A stretch of 21,205 bases of DNA from Planctomycetota bacterium (GCA_036479435.1 JAZGFI010000087.1:1-21205), one strand, 5' to 3'; numbered from the stretch's first letter, positions 1-8,373 are shown. Notes: generated by a model not told the origin, from the letters alone. A program made the numbers and translations.

Positions 1-127
1 CTTTGGATACAAGGAAATGCCTGCCTTGCTAAAAGTGCTTGGCCGCATCGACAACAAGCAAGCCGTCGCGTAGGGTGACGGCTGGCTACCCTGGCCACCG
101 AGTTTCAACGGAAATAGGGACAATCCC
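1..127 (+). mobile_element. Right end of an IS256-family-like insertion sequence (transposase C-terminus plus terminal inverted repeat), cut by the window edge
   Basis: Frame 2 from nt 2 reads FGYKEMPALLKVLGRIDNKQAVA-stop (TAG 71-73), resembling the '(R)xxGYxxxPxLxxxL...xVA' tail of IS256 transposases. 101-127 AGTTTCAACGGAAATAGGGACAATCCC resembles IS256 right ends (..TTCAAC....GGGACAxxCCC). Recognised from memory only. Confidence 0.6.
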
Positions 128-324
128 TGGCGAAGGCACCAAGGCCTTGACGCCGGCATCTTAGAGGCCAGAAAAAATGTCTATGAAGCGGCGCGGAAGC
201 GGAACCCAAATCGCTGGTCCGGAAGAACAAGGGCTTGGAATCGCGTCGATGTGGTCAGACTGAACCCGAGACCAGATGTGGCGTAACTAATCTGAAAATG
301 GGACAACTATCTTGACATCCATCG
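128..324 (+). mobile_element. Right-end fragment of an IS3-family-like element (transposase C-terminus plus terminal repeat)
   Basis: 131-286 translates RRHQGLDAGILEARKNVYEAARKRNPNRWSGRTRAWNRVDVVRLNPRPDVA-stop, matching the IS3-type tail 'RHxGxDxxILxxRxxxYxxARxxxPxRWSxxTRxW...LNP'. It is followed by GGACAACTATCTTGACATCCATCG (301-324), an end typical of this group. The exact end (317 or 324) is uncertain. Confidence 0.7.
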
Positions 325-325
325 G

Positions 326-916
326 GACCTAGGCTCAGAGACGCAAGAAACGCTGGATCTTTACGGAGTGAAGCCGGGTAGTAAGGCATCTTACGCCGCC
401 AACGCGTTGAGGGCGCGCCGGCTCATCGAACGCGGCGTCCGCTTTGTGCAGCTTTACCATTGGGGCTGGGACAGTCACGGCTCGGGATCTCACGACGACA
501 TCATCGAGTCCCTACCATTGCGCTGCCGCCAAACCGATCAGGCCTCTGCCGCGCTCATCATCGATCTGGAACGGCGAGGTTTACTCGACGACACCATTGT
601 CGTCTGGGGCGGAGAATTTGGCCGAACGCCCATGAATGAAGAGCGCCACGGCTCAAAGTTCTTGGGCCGAGACCACCACCCTCACGCCTTCACTTTGTGG
701 GTCGCCGGCGGCGGCTTTAGATCCGGCCTGACTTACGGCCGCACTGACGAACTGGGGTACCGCATCGTCGAAAACCCAGTATCGGTTCACGATTTGCACG
801 CCACCCTCCTGAACCAACTGGGCTTCGACCACGAACGCCTGACCTACCTCTACCAAGGCCGAGACTTTCGTCTCACCGACGCCGCCGGCACTGTTGTTCG
901 CGACCTACTTGCCTAG
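326..916 (+). pseudogene. C-terminal part of a DUF1501 (sulfatase-like, Planctomycetes-expanded) gene, cut at its 5' side by the IS
   Basis: The frame is open from 326 ([18 protein letters not shown]..). Family motifs: [38 protein letters not shown], Gx[22 protein letters not shown]. Only ~196 codons of a normally ~480 aa protein remain, and homology starts right at the IS end. Confidence 0.85.
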
Positions 917-945
917 ACGCGCCATGCGCGTCGCTGAGCGCGTCT
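915..945. terminator. GC-rich hairpin between convergent genes (possible terminator)
   Basis: GACGCGC-CAT-GCGCGTC (916-932). An alternative pairing joins AGACGCGC (915-922) with GCGCGTCT (938-945). No clear U-tract. Confidence 0.3.
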
Positions 946-966
946 CCAAACTCCTTGCCGAGCTCT

Positions 967-1584
967 CTAATCTGCCATCAAGAACTCGACCGCTCCGGTT
1001 TCGATCGAATACTCCGCCGCCAACACCTGCAATGAACCCGCCGCAAGATGTTTCCGAATCAAGGCCGACTCTTCTGCCAGACGCTGGGCCGAATGTAGCG
1101 CGTTGACACCTACGGCCTTTTCCAAAAGCTCATCACCAGGCGCACACATCTCGACCTCAGTGAAGGCAGTCGTGGCTTTTCGGATCTCATCGACAATACG
1201 GGCCAGGCTTGGGGAGAGGTCTGCGCCGCCTTCTCTCAAAGAATCGATCGTGGCCCGGACGGCACCGCACTGAGAGTGCCCCAACACCACGACCAAGCGC
1301 GCGCCGCATTGCCCCACGCCGAATTCGATACTTCCGATCTGAGAGGCCAAGGCCACGTTGCCCGCCACCCGAACCACAAACAGATCACCGAGCTTCTGAT
1401 CAAACAAGATTTCAACCGGCACTCTGGAATCTGAACAGGCCAACACGATGGCAAAAGGGCTTTGGCCCTGAGACAACTCGGCCAGTCGATCGCGACTCGC
1501 TCCCTCGCCCACGTCGGTCTTGCCTGCAACAAACCGGCGGTTGCCGCCTCTCAGCCTCTCCAGCGCTTCACTCGCAGGAATCAT
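967..1584 (-). CDS. can: Beta-class carbonic anhydrase
   Basis: Zinc-binding motifs CSDSR and HSQCG, plus ALERLRGGNRRF, GDLFVVRVAGN and GSIEF. The ATG at 1584 is preceded by GAGGAG with an 8-nt spacer, so it is preferred over the ORF-track start at 1590. Confidence 0.95.
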   Translation of the reverse strand: MIPASEALERLRGGNRRFVAGKTDVGEGASRDRLAELSQGQSPFAIVLACSDSRVPVEILFDQKLGDLFVVRVAGNVALASQIGSIEFGVGQCGARLVVVLGHSQCGAVRATIDSLREGGADLSPSLARIVDEIRKATTAFTEVEMCAPGDELLEKAVGVNALHSAQRLAEESALIRKHLAAGSLQVLAAEYSIETGAVEFLMAD

Positions 1585-2307
1585 CGCCAAAACTCCTCAC
1601 CGAAACCCGGTGGCAATCGCAAACCAAGCTTTTACCAGTCCGGATCGGATGACTCTATCCAAAAATTAGCAGCACCACGACGATGCGGAAATCAATCAAA
1701 CGCCCTGTGCCGCGTGACACAAGTCATCTCTGCGAGACTCCGTCCTCCGGTCACCAAATGTCCGACATCACGACCCAACTTCACAAAGGAAGCATGGCCT
1801 GAAGCCTTAGAATTCTGCTCGAGTTCTGAGTTTGGAGCGTGCCAAAGTCGAGCCCTTAAGTGGCCATTGGGTCTTGAGTGGCCATCGGAAGAGCGAACTC
1901 CACAATCTCTGAGGAAAAAGTCCGCCGTGATCCTCCACACCCCCGGCACATTGAGCACGGCCGAGGCCTTGCTCCGAGTCGTTCAACTATCGTAGCTCTC
2001 AATCGCGGTCCATTGAGATGACTCCTTTTCGAAGACGCATCGCCAAGATTCAGCACTAAGGCCTAGCTCGCTCTCAAAACAGTTCTCCTCGCTGGCAAGA
2101 TCACTCTGATGGCTCTCTTGTCTGGCTGGCCGCGAAAGTCGACAGGCTCTGCTAAGTTTGCTCATGGGACACAGCTTTGGCCCCCGCCACCGTCTCGGAA
2201 ATCGGGAGGATGCCGCCCTGAATGTAGGGTCGCCCGAGCGCTACTAACGGCGGTAGCTACTGGCCTCATGGTGGTTGGGCTGATCGACCAGGACGACGGA
2301 ACGCCAA

Positions 2308-3378
2308 ATGTCACAGTTGATTAAAGCCCGATTCGTCTTTCCAATTCGCCTGAGTCTTCCTGAGGGCGGTTGGGCGTACAAGCACGACGGTGATCTCACG
2401 ATGATTGGCGTTCGGTCTGGAGCCGGAGAGCTCCGCCTTGTTTTGCTCCCCGAATCCGAACGTTCGAGGAACAAGGAGCGGTTTTGGCTGCGAACCGTGT
2501 TTAGGAGGCACCCTCTCGTCATTGCACGAACCGCGTGTATCAGTCCCGGTCACGACCTGTTACTTGAAGAATTCACGGACGCCGCCTCCTTCTCACAACT
2601 CGATGTTTGCTTCGAAGTTTCTCAGCTAGTCGACCAAAACGACAAGCGTGCGATGGCCAAACTTCGTGATGACGCTTTTGCCCGAGTACAGATATTCGTT
2701 CGTTTCTACCGCCTTGCGGCGAACGAGGTCGACGTGCCGATACCGAACCTTGCGTCGTCCCCGGTTGTTGAACTTGCCGTGGCGGACGACTACAAGATGG
2801 ACGAGGGCGGTGCAGAAGGCGAGTTTCATACTATTTACCGTCAATTCCAGTGGCCACTACCCGCGACGAAAGGACTCCTCAAGCCAAGGATGGATCCGCA
2901 GAGAACTGAGGCATTTGTGAAACACCTGCGATCTGGCAAGGAGCCCGACCTCTATGCGGAACAACTCCTGGAGGCGAAAGAGCTGTCTCGCTTACATGGG
3001 AACCACCGCTTAGCCATCGTAGTAGCCCAAGGCGCGTTCGAGTCTTTTTTCCAAAGAAGACTTCTCGAAGAATGTGAAGCCCGAGGCATCAACAACCTTT
3101 CCGCTTGAAACGGCGAAAACAAGCCAGCGAGAGAAGTAGTGGCCCGGGGAAGTCTACGTCAAGACTTGCTTCAGAGAATCAGTAAGGAACTTGCTGGATG
3201 CAGCGTGGTGGACTGCAACGAGCATCAAGCTTGGTACACCAACGCTTACAAAATCCGAAACGACATTATTCACGGTGGAAGAACCGATATCACAGCGGAC
3301 AACGCACGGTCGGCATTTGAGTCGGTCCTCGATTACGTGAACTGGCTTGATCGTCAATTCGTACGATCGAGAGCGTGA
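2308..3378 (+). pseudogene. HEPN-domain protein (ApeA-like architecture, putative RNase/defence effector) interrupted by an in-frame TGA at 3106-3108
   Basis: ORFs 2308-3108 and 3139-3378 are in the same frame, separated only by TGA plus 10 sense codons. The first part ends with the HEPN-like helix RLAIVVAQGAFE. The second part carries RNDIIH (Rx4H, 3256-3273) followed by a helix. Joined length is ~356 aa. Confidence 0.65.
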
Positions 3379-3583
3379 ACTTAGATTCGTTTAGGCAAGC
3401 ATTTGCTCTGGCACGCCAAGAGAGTCACCCGGCATGGATTAGGCGGCACGTTAGGGGTCTCCTACCGCTAAACCCATGATAGCTCTGGCGACCCGGAGGT
3501 GCCGAGTATCCCCGTCGTCACTCTTACCTCAAAAGGCGCGACATGAGCCGCCAGAGGTCTCGCTGCGCCTTGGCTCAAGCGCG

Positions 3584-3646
3584 TTGACACAACTTCGCAA
3601 GACAATAAGAATGGCTAATTATGGTTATTGCTGCTACTCTGCCCCA
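3584..3646 (+). promoter_or_regulatory. Putative promoter/operator of the parDE operon
   Basis: TTGACA at 3584-3589. AT-rich patch with inverted repeat CAATAA (3603-3608)/TTATTG (3625-3630) and tandem ATGGCTAATT/ATGGTTATTG. Extended -10-like TGcTACTCT (3632-3640) lies 6 nt before the ATG. Confidence 0.4.
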
Positions 3647-3913
3647 ATGAACATCTCTCTGACCCCAAAGCTAAAACGATACGTCGAAGAGAAACTTGAA
3701 TCCGGAGACTATCGCTCCGCCAGTGAGGTCATTCGCGAGGGGCTAAGGCTCCTTTTGGAGAGGGACCGAATTCGCAATCTGCGCCTCGAAGAACTTCGCA
3801 GCGAAATCAAGATCGGCCTCGATGAACTCGACCGTGGCGAGGGCATCCCGGGCGACGTGGTGTTCGAGGAAATCCGAGAGCGACTTGCGAAACGCAAGCG
3901 CGAGGGGAAGTGA
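3647..3913 (+). CDS. parD: Type II TA antitoxin, ParD family (ribbon-helix-helix, CC2985-like)
   Basis: MNISLTPKLKRYVEEKLESGDYRSASEVIREGLRLL...LRSEIKIGLDELDRG is the family signature. 88 aa from ATG 3647. Overlaps the toxin by GTGA. Confidence 0.92.
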   Translation: MNISLTPKLKRYVEEKLESGDYRSASEVIREGLRLLLERDRIRNLRLEELRSEIKIGLDELDRGEGIPGDVVFEEIRERLAKRKREGK

Positions 3914-4212
3914 AAGGATTCGAGCTCTCCCCCGCCGCCAAGCGCGACCTTGACGAGATCGTAGATTACATTGCGACAGATTCGATCGACCAGGCCCTTG
4001 AGGTGCTTCGCGTGATCGAAAGCAAGATCATGGGGCTCGTCAAATTTCCAGAAATGGGAAGCAAGCGGCCAGACCTCGTCCCCGGTCAGGATCTGAGATT
4101 TTGGCCAGTCTACTCTTACCTCATCGTCTACCGCCCGCACTCCAAACCACTTGAAGTGGTTCGAGTTATTAGCGGCTACAGAGACCTCGAAGAGTTACTT
4201 GGGGAAGACTGA
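3910..4212 (+). CDS. parE: Type II TA toxin, RelE/ParE family
   Basis: LSPAAKRDLDEIVDYIA..FPEMGSKRPDL..LRFWPVYSYLIVYR..LEVVRVISGYRDL. 100 aa, translationally coupled to parD. Confidence 0.92.
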   Translation: MKGFELSPAAKRDLDEIVDYIATDSIDQALEVLRVIESKIMGLVKFPEMGSKRPDLVPGQDLRFWPVYSYLIVYRPHSKPLEVVRVISGYRDLEELLGED

Positions 4213-4278
4213 CTCGGCAACGAGAATTGAACCTGCGATTTTGCCGGTCCTACTTTTCCTCTCCTCAAACCGGCGTTC

Positions 4279-4971
4279 TTAAACGACGCGGTCGATCAAC
4301 GAACCGATGCCGAAGGTGATGGCCATGGCTAAGGCTCCCCAGAAAGTGACGCGCACGGCGGCGACGAGCATCTTGGCGCCGCCGGCATGAGCTGCCGCAC
4401 ATCCCAGCGCCGCCAAAAACACCAAAGAGCTTGCGGCCACGAAGAGCTGAGCTTGGGCGAAAGGAGCGAAGTAGGCGATGGCAAGGGGGAGGCTTGCTCC
4501 CAAGGTGAAGGTAATCGCCGAAGCCACGGCGGCTAGGAGGGGGCGGGCCGCATGAATGCTCAAAAGACCCAATTCGTCGCGCGCGTGGGCGCCGAGGGCG
4601 TCGTGTTCGGTGAGTTGGGTGGCGACTTCGTGGGCGAGTTTCGGAGTTAGGCCGCGCTCGACGTAGATATTGGCCAACTCCAAGTGCTCCGACTCAGGGT
4701 CGGTTTCCAGCTCAATTCTTTCGCGTTGCAGGTCGGCTTGCTCGAGGTCCGATTGGGAACTGACAGATACGTACTCCCCCGCCGCCATCGACGTGGCGCC
4801 AGCCACAAGTCCGGCAAAGCCTGCGATCAGGATCGACTCGTTGGAAGATCCGGCCGCCGCAACCCCGATGATGAGGCTTGCGGTAGAGATGATCCCGTCA
4901 TTGGCTCCGAGGACTGCGGCGCGTAGCCAACTGATTCGGTCCGAGAAATGTCGTTCGGGTTGGTGCACCAA
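4279..4971 (-). CDS. VIT1/CCC1 family Fe/Mn transporter
   Basis: WLRAAVLGANDG, AGATSMAAGEYVSVSSQ, ELANIYVERGL, HARDELG. Start placed at TTG 4971 (AAGGA upstream, ~230 aa); the exact start is uncertain. Confidence 0.92.
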   Translation of the reverse strand: MVHQPERHFSDRISWLRAAVLGANDGIISTASLIIGVAAAGSSNESILIAGFAGLVAGATSMAAGEYVSVSSQSDLEQADLQRERIELETDPESEHLELANIYVERGLTPKLAHEVATQLTEHDALGAHARDELGLLSIHAARPLLAAVASAITFTLGASLPLAIAYFAPFAQAQLFVAASSLVFLAALGCAAAHAGGAKMLVAAVRVTFWGALAMAITFGIGSLIDRVV

Positions 4972-5015
4972 GAGAATGTTGTCCTTCTCTGCCGACTCGT
5001 TGTTCAAGTCGGAGT

Positions 5016-5501
5016 TTACGAACTTGAGTGACTGAGTTTCTTCTCGAAACAAACACTACTGGGATCGTCGCGATATTCGCCAAAAGGCTGGATGCGAAAA
5101 TAGCCTCTCGCCTCGTAAAACGCCATGGCCGGGAGCTGACGAAATCCTGTTTCCAAAAGAACATGGGTGTAGCCCATTTGTTGAGCCCGATTCTCAAGAT
5201 CATCTAGCAGGGCCTGCGCGACTCCTTGCCGTCGTGCGTTCAAGGCCACAAAGACCCGGCGCAACTCGACCGCTGTTTGACTCAAACTCCGAAGCGATGC
5301 GCAGCCAACGGCGACCTGTTCGTGATAGGCCAGCACAAAGGCACCTCGAACTGAGACCGGGGGATTGGTCGGCCAAGGATCATCGGCGGCGAAAAGCTCA
5401 GGGTACTGGGCGCGCGCTTCGATGGCCGCTTCGCGAAGGAGCTTGCCGGCGGGTTCTCCCTGGGGGTCGCCATCGCGGATCTCGATGTCATCCGCTTTCA
5501 T
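5016..5501 (-). CDS. GNAT family N-acetyltransferase
   Basis: Acetyl-CoA binding motif VELRRVFVALNARRQGVAQALL, LETGxxQxxAxxFYExxGY, and a C-terminal FGEYRDDPSSVCFEKKL. Confidence 0.88.
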   Translation of the reverse strand: MKADDIEIRDGDPQGEPAGKLLREAAIEARAQYPELFAADDPWPTNPPVSVRGAFVLAYHEQVAVGCASLRSLSQTAVELRRVFVALNARRQGVAQALLDDLENRAQQMGYTHVLLETGFRQLPAMAFYEARGYFRIQPFGEYRDDPSSVCFEKKLSHSSS

Positions 5502-5552
5502 GGAATCTCTCAGGACAGCAAGGTGGTGCTAGGAGCGGGCCAGTTCGAGAGA

Positions 5553-7475
5553 TCAGGAATCCTTGGGGCTGCGCACCCAACGGCGGTATTCCAAAAGGAT
5601 GCGATCCATGAGCCCCGCGGGATCGAGACCCAAGGCTCGGAGCAACTGAATGCGGCTGCCGCGCCGGGGTAATTCGTCGGGTAAAGCGATGGGCATGATG
5701 CGGGAACTGTCCAGTCGCTCGAGGGCCGAAGCCTCAAGGGCCGCCGAACCAAAGCCGCCGGCGATCCCGTGCTCTTCAATCGTAAAGAGCAAAGAGTGCT
5801 CGGCCAAAAGTGAAGTGAGAAGCTCCCGATCGAAGGGACGGGCAAAGCGGGCGTTGACCACACTGGCTTCCAGGCCGCGTTCGGCGAGTCCTTCGGCGGC
5901 TTCCATCGCGGGGTAGACCGTCGCACCATAGGCCAAAATCGCCACATCACTGCCTTTTCGCAGCAATTCGCCGCGACCACGGACGAGTTCCGAACGCAGC
6001 GGATAGACTCGATCGGCCTGCGGCAAAAAGGTACGTGGAATGCGAATGGCCTTGGGGCCCGCGTAGGTGCCCGAAAACTCGAGCATCGACTTCAGCTCTT
6101 CTTGGTCCCGCGGCGCCATGAGATCGATCCCGGGCAAAGACCTGAGTTGAGCTAAGTCCTGGACCCCGTGGTAAAGCGTCGCATCGTCATCGACGAGACC
6201 GGCGTAAACCAAGGCCAAGGTGACGGGTAAACCGCGCAGCAAGATCTCTTGAAAAACCTGATCGAGGCCACGGGCCAAAAAAGCGGCGGGCATGACCACC
6301 AAAGGTCGACGGCCTTCGTGAGCCAGACCGGCGGCGAAGGCAAGGCCGTGCTGTTCACTAACGCCAATGTCAAAAAGACGCTGCGGAAAACGCTCACGAA
6401 AATCGCGCGTGAAGGCGCGCAAACTGTCGAATTCAGGTCGCGCCATGACCACGACTGAAAAGCTCTCGTCGTGTTCGGCTTGATCGAGGACACACTCCGC
6501 AAAAACATCCGTCCATCTTTGCTCGCCCTGGATCTCAAACTCGGTTTCTGAATGGAAGTGTTGGAGGCCGCTCTCGTCCTCGGTGATCTCGATGCGCGGG
6601 GCTTTGACGGCCGGGTTGGCGGCAGCGGTCGGGCGACTTGTGACGACATGCAACAACTGGAAGCCATTTTGGCGCTTGATCTCCGCCAACAACTTCGTGA
6701 GGTGCGCGATATTGTGACCATCGACGGGGCCGAAATAACGCGGGCCGAGCTTCTCGAAAGTGTAGCCCGGCACGAGCGCACGAGCGACGACGTCTTTCAT
6801 CTGCTCGGCGGTGCGTTCGAGCGTCTCACCGATAAAGGGAAGCGCCTGTATCAACTTCTGAGCGTCGCGCTTGAAGTCATTGTAGGGTTTTCCGACCCGC
6901 AGTTTTGAGAGGTACTCCCCCATCGAACCCACGATCTTCGAGATGGACATTTCGTTGTCGTTGAGGACCACCAAGACATCTTGATCGAGGAAGTCGCCAG
7001 AATTTAGAGCTTCCAGAGCCACCCCGGTAATAACCGCACCGTCGCCAATAACCGCCACGGTCTTGCCCGGCGCCGATCGACCCGCGGCCATGCCCAGTGC
7101 TTTTGAGATCGACGTCCCAGCGTGGGCCGCGAAGAAGTTGTCGTAGGGGGGGATCTCATCGCCGGGAAAGGGAACGGTAATGGAGGGGTCTTCATCGGCA
7201 CCGTCTGGGACCAATTCCAGACCCCGCGTCAACACCAAGTGGGCCGCGCATTGGTAAACCAGATCATAAACCAGGCGGTCGTGCGAAAAATCGAAGGCGT
7301 AGTGCAAAGCCAAAGTGAGATCGGTAATACCCAAAGAGGAACGTAGGTATTCGCCGCGAAGTCCAAAACGCTGGGCGATGACCTCGCGAATCTCGGCCGC
7401 GACCTGAGGCAAGCGCTCGACCGGCAGTTGCCTTAGGTCTCGCGGATTCTTGATGCTCGACAACAGGGTGTTCAC
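5553..7475 (-). CDS. dxs: 1-deoxy-D-xylulose-5-phosphate synthase homologue with a degenerate active site
   Basis: Full-length (~640 aa) three-domain DXS fold: LLSSIKNPRDLRQL, GDGA..EALN, VLNDNEMSI, YFGPVDGHN, DIGVSEQH, VVNARFARPFD, TIEEH..GGFGS. Canonical position after xseA-xseB-ispA. GTG start inferred at 7475. Several catalytic residues are substituted (see findings). Confidence 0.88.
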   Translation of the reverse strand: MNTLLSSIKNPRDLRQLPVERLPQVAAEIREVIAQRFGLRGEYLRSSLGITDLTLALHYAFDFSHDRLVYDLVYQCAAHLVLTRGLELVPDGADEDPSITVPFPGDEIPPYDNFFAAHAGTSISKALGMAAGRSAPGKTVAVIGDGAVITGVALEALNSGDFLDQDVLVVLNDNEMSISKIVGSMGEYLSKLRVGKPYNDFKRDAQKLIQALPFIGETLERTAEQMKDVVARALVPGYTFEKLGPRYFGPVDGHNIAHLTKLLAEIKRQNGFQLLHVVTSRPTAAANPAVKAPRIEITEDESGLQHFHSETEFEIQGEQRWTDVFAECVLDQAEHDESFSVVVMARPEFDSLRAFTRDFRERFPQRLFDIGVSEQHGLAFAAGLAHEGRRPLVVMPAAFLARGLDQVFQEILLRGLPVTLALVYAGLVDDDATLYHGVQDLAQLRSLPGIDLMAPRDQEELKSMLEFSGTYAGPKAIRIPRTFLPQADRVYPLRSELVRGRGELLRKGSDVAILAYGATVYPAMEAAEGLAERGLEASVVNARFARPFDRELLTSLLAEHSLLFTIEEHGIAGGFGSAALEASALERLDSSRIMPIALPDELPRRGSRIQLLRALGLDPAGLMDRILLEYRRWVRSPKDS

Positions 7476-7488
7476 GGCAATGTCTCGA

Positions 7489-8373
7489 TCAACTGATCCT
7501 GGTACAGATAAATTCAGCAAACGCGGACAACTCGCCTTTGCGGTCGTAGGGGGCGATCGCCGCCCTGCCCTTTTCCGCGAGTTCGAGGGCAGTCGTGCGC
7601 GAACGGTCCAATCCGACGCAGGCGGGCCAGGTCAATTTGTTCTGCTCGGCGTCTTTGCCCGCCGTCTTGCCCAGCGTACTGGCATCGCTGGTGAGGTCGA
7701 GGATGTCATCGATTATTTGAAACGACAGGCCGAGTGATTCGCCATAAGTCGTAAAAGCGGCCAGCGTCTCGTCATCAACGCGAGCGGCGATAGCCCCGAT
7801 GCGGACACTCGCGCGAATGAGGGCTCCGGTTTTTCGACGGTGGATCTGCTCGACGGCAGCAAGGTCCGCCTCGGTGCCCATGGACACCATGTCGAGGACT
7901 TGGCCGCCGATCATGCCCTGCACCCCAGCCGCTTCGGCCAACTCTAAGACCAATAGAGCGGCGAGATCGGGGCTTGGGGTCTGTTTGGCGATCAACAAAA
8001 AGGCCGCGTTCGAAAGGGCGTCCCCGGCCAGCACCGCCATCGCCTCGCCGTAGACGACATGATTGGTGGGGCGGCCGCGACGCAGATCATCGTCATCCAT
8101 GCAGGGCAAGTCGTCGTGAATGAGCGAATAGGTGTGGACCATTTCCAAAGCGCAGGCCGCGGGCATCACATCGCCGCGCTCACCCCCGCAGGCCGAAGAC
8201 ACGGCCAAAGCCATGGCGGGACGCAGCCTCTTGCCACCGGCAAGGAGGCTATAGCGCATCGCCTCCACGATCGAAGGAACCGCCGATCCCTGAGCCGGCA
8301 AGTAGTTTTCAAGTGCCGCCTCAATTTCGGGGCGGTAGTGCCGGAGCAAGTCCGTAGCGGGCTCTTGGCTCAT
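7489..8373 (-). CDS. ispA: Farnesyl/geranylgeranyl diphosphate synthase (polyprenyl synthetase)
   Basis: GGKRLRP, first Asp-rich motif HDDLPCMDDDDLRRG, GQxLD, KTGAL, second motif FQIIDDILD, GKTAGKD. ATGA overlap with xseB. Confidence 0.95.
   Translation of the reverse strand: MSQEPATDLLRHYRPEIEAALENYLPAQGSAVPSIVEAMRYSLLAGGKRLRPAMALAVSSACGGERGDVMPAACALEMVHTYSLIHDDLPCMDDDDLRRGRPTNHVVYGEAMAVLAGDALSNAAFLLIAKQTPSPDLAALLVLELAEAAGVQGMIGGQVLDMVSMGTEADLAAVEQIHRRKTGALIRASVRIGAIAARVDDETLAAFTTYGESLGLSFQIIDDILDLTSDASTLGKTAGKDAEQNKLTWPACVGLDRSRTTALELAEKGRAAIAPYDRKGELSAFAEFICTRIS

Noticed and set aside
1462..1995. 177-aa plus-strand ORF and other short ORFs in 1600-2300
   Set aside because: It overlaps the carbonic anhydrase antisense, has no SD or motifs, and its composition is not protein-like.
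3106..3150. Selenocysteine recoding of the HEPN in-frame TGA
   Set aside because: No convincing SECIS-like stem-loop downstream, and the position is not in a Cys/redox motif.
3409..3425. TGGCACG as a sigma54 -24 box (also on the minus strand near 1838-1844)
   Set aside because: The required TTGC -12 element is absent at the correct spacing in both cases.
3385..3460. Possible integron attC site after the HEPN gene (GTTTAGGC, GTTAGGG)
   Set aside because: No proper GTTRRRY with a complementary RYYYAAC and no extended imperfect palindrome.
3602..3630. Possible dif/pdif site next to the TA module (TTATGGTTATT resembles a XerD arm)
   Set aside because: The left arm does not match the XerC-arm consensus ending in ATAA at 6-nt spacing. 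It is better explained as a TA operator.
4211..4250. tRNA T-arm-like string (minus strand GCAGGTTCAATTC) as an att remnant
   Set aside because: The T-stem pairs poorly, there is no acceptor stem or CCA, and it does not match the two tRNAs in the window.
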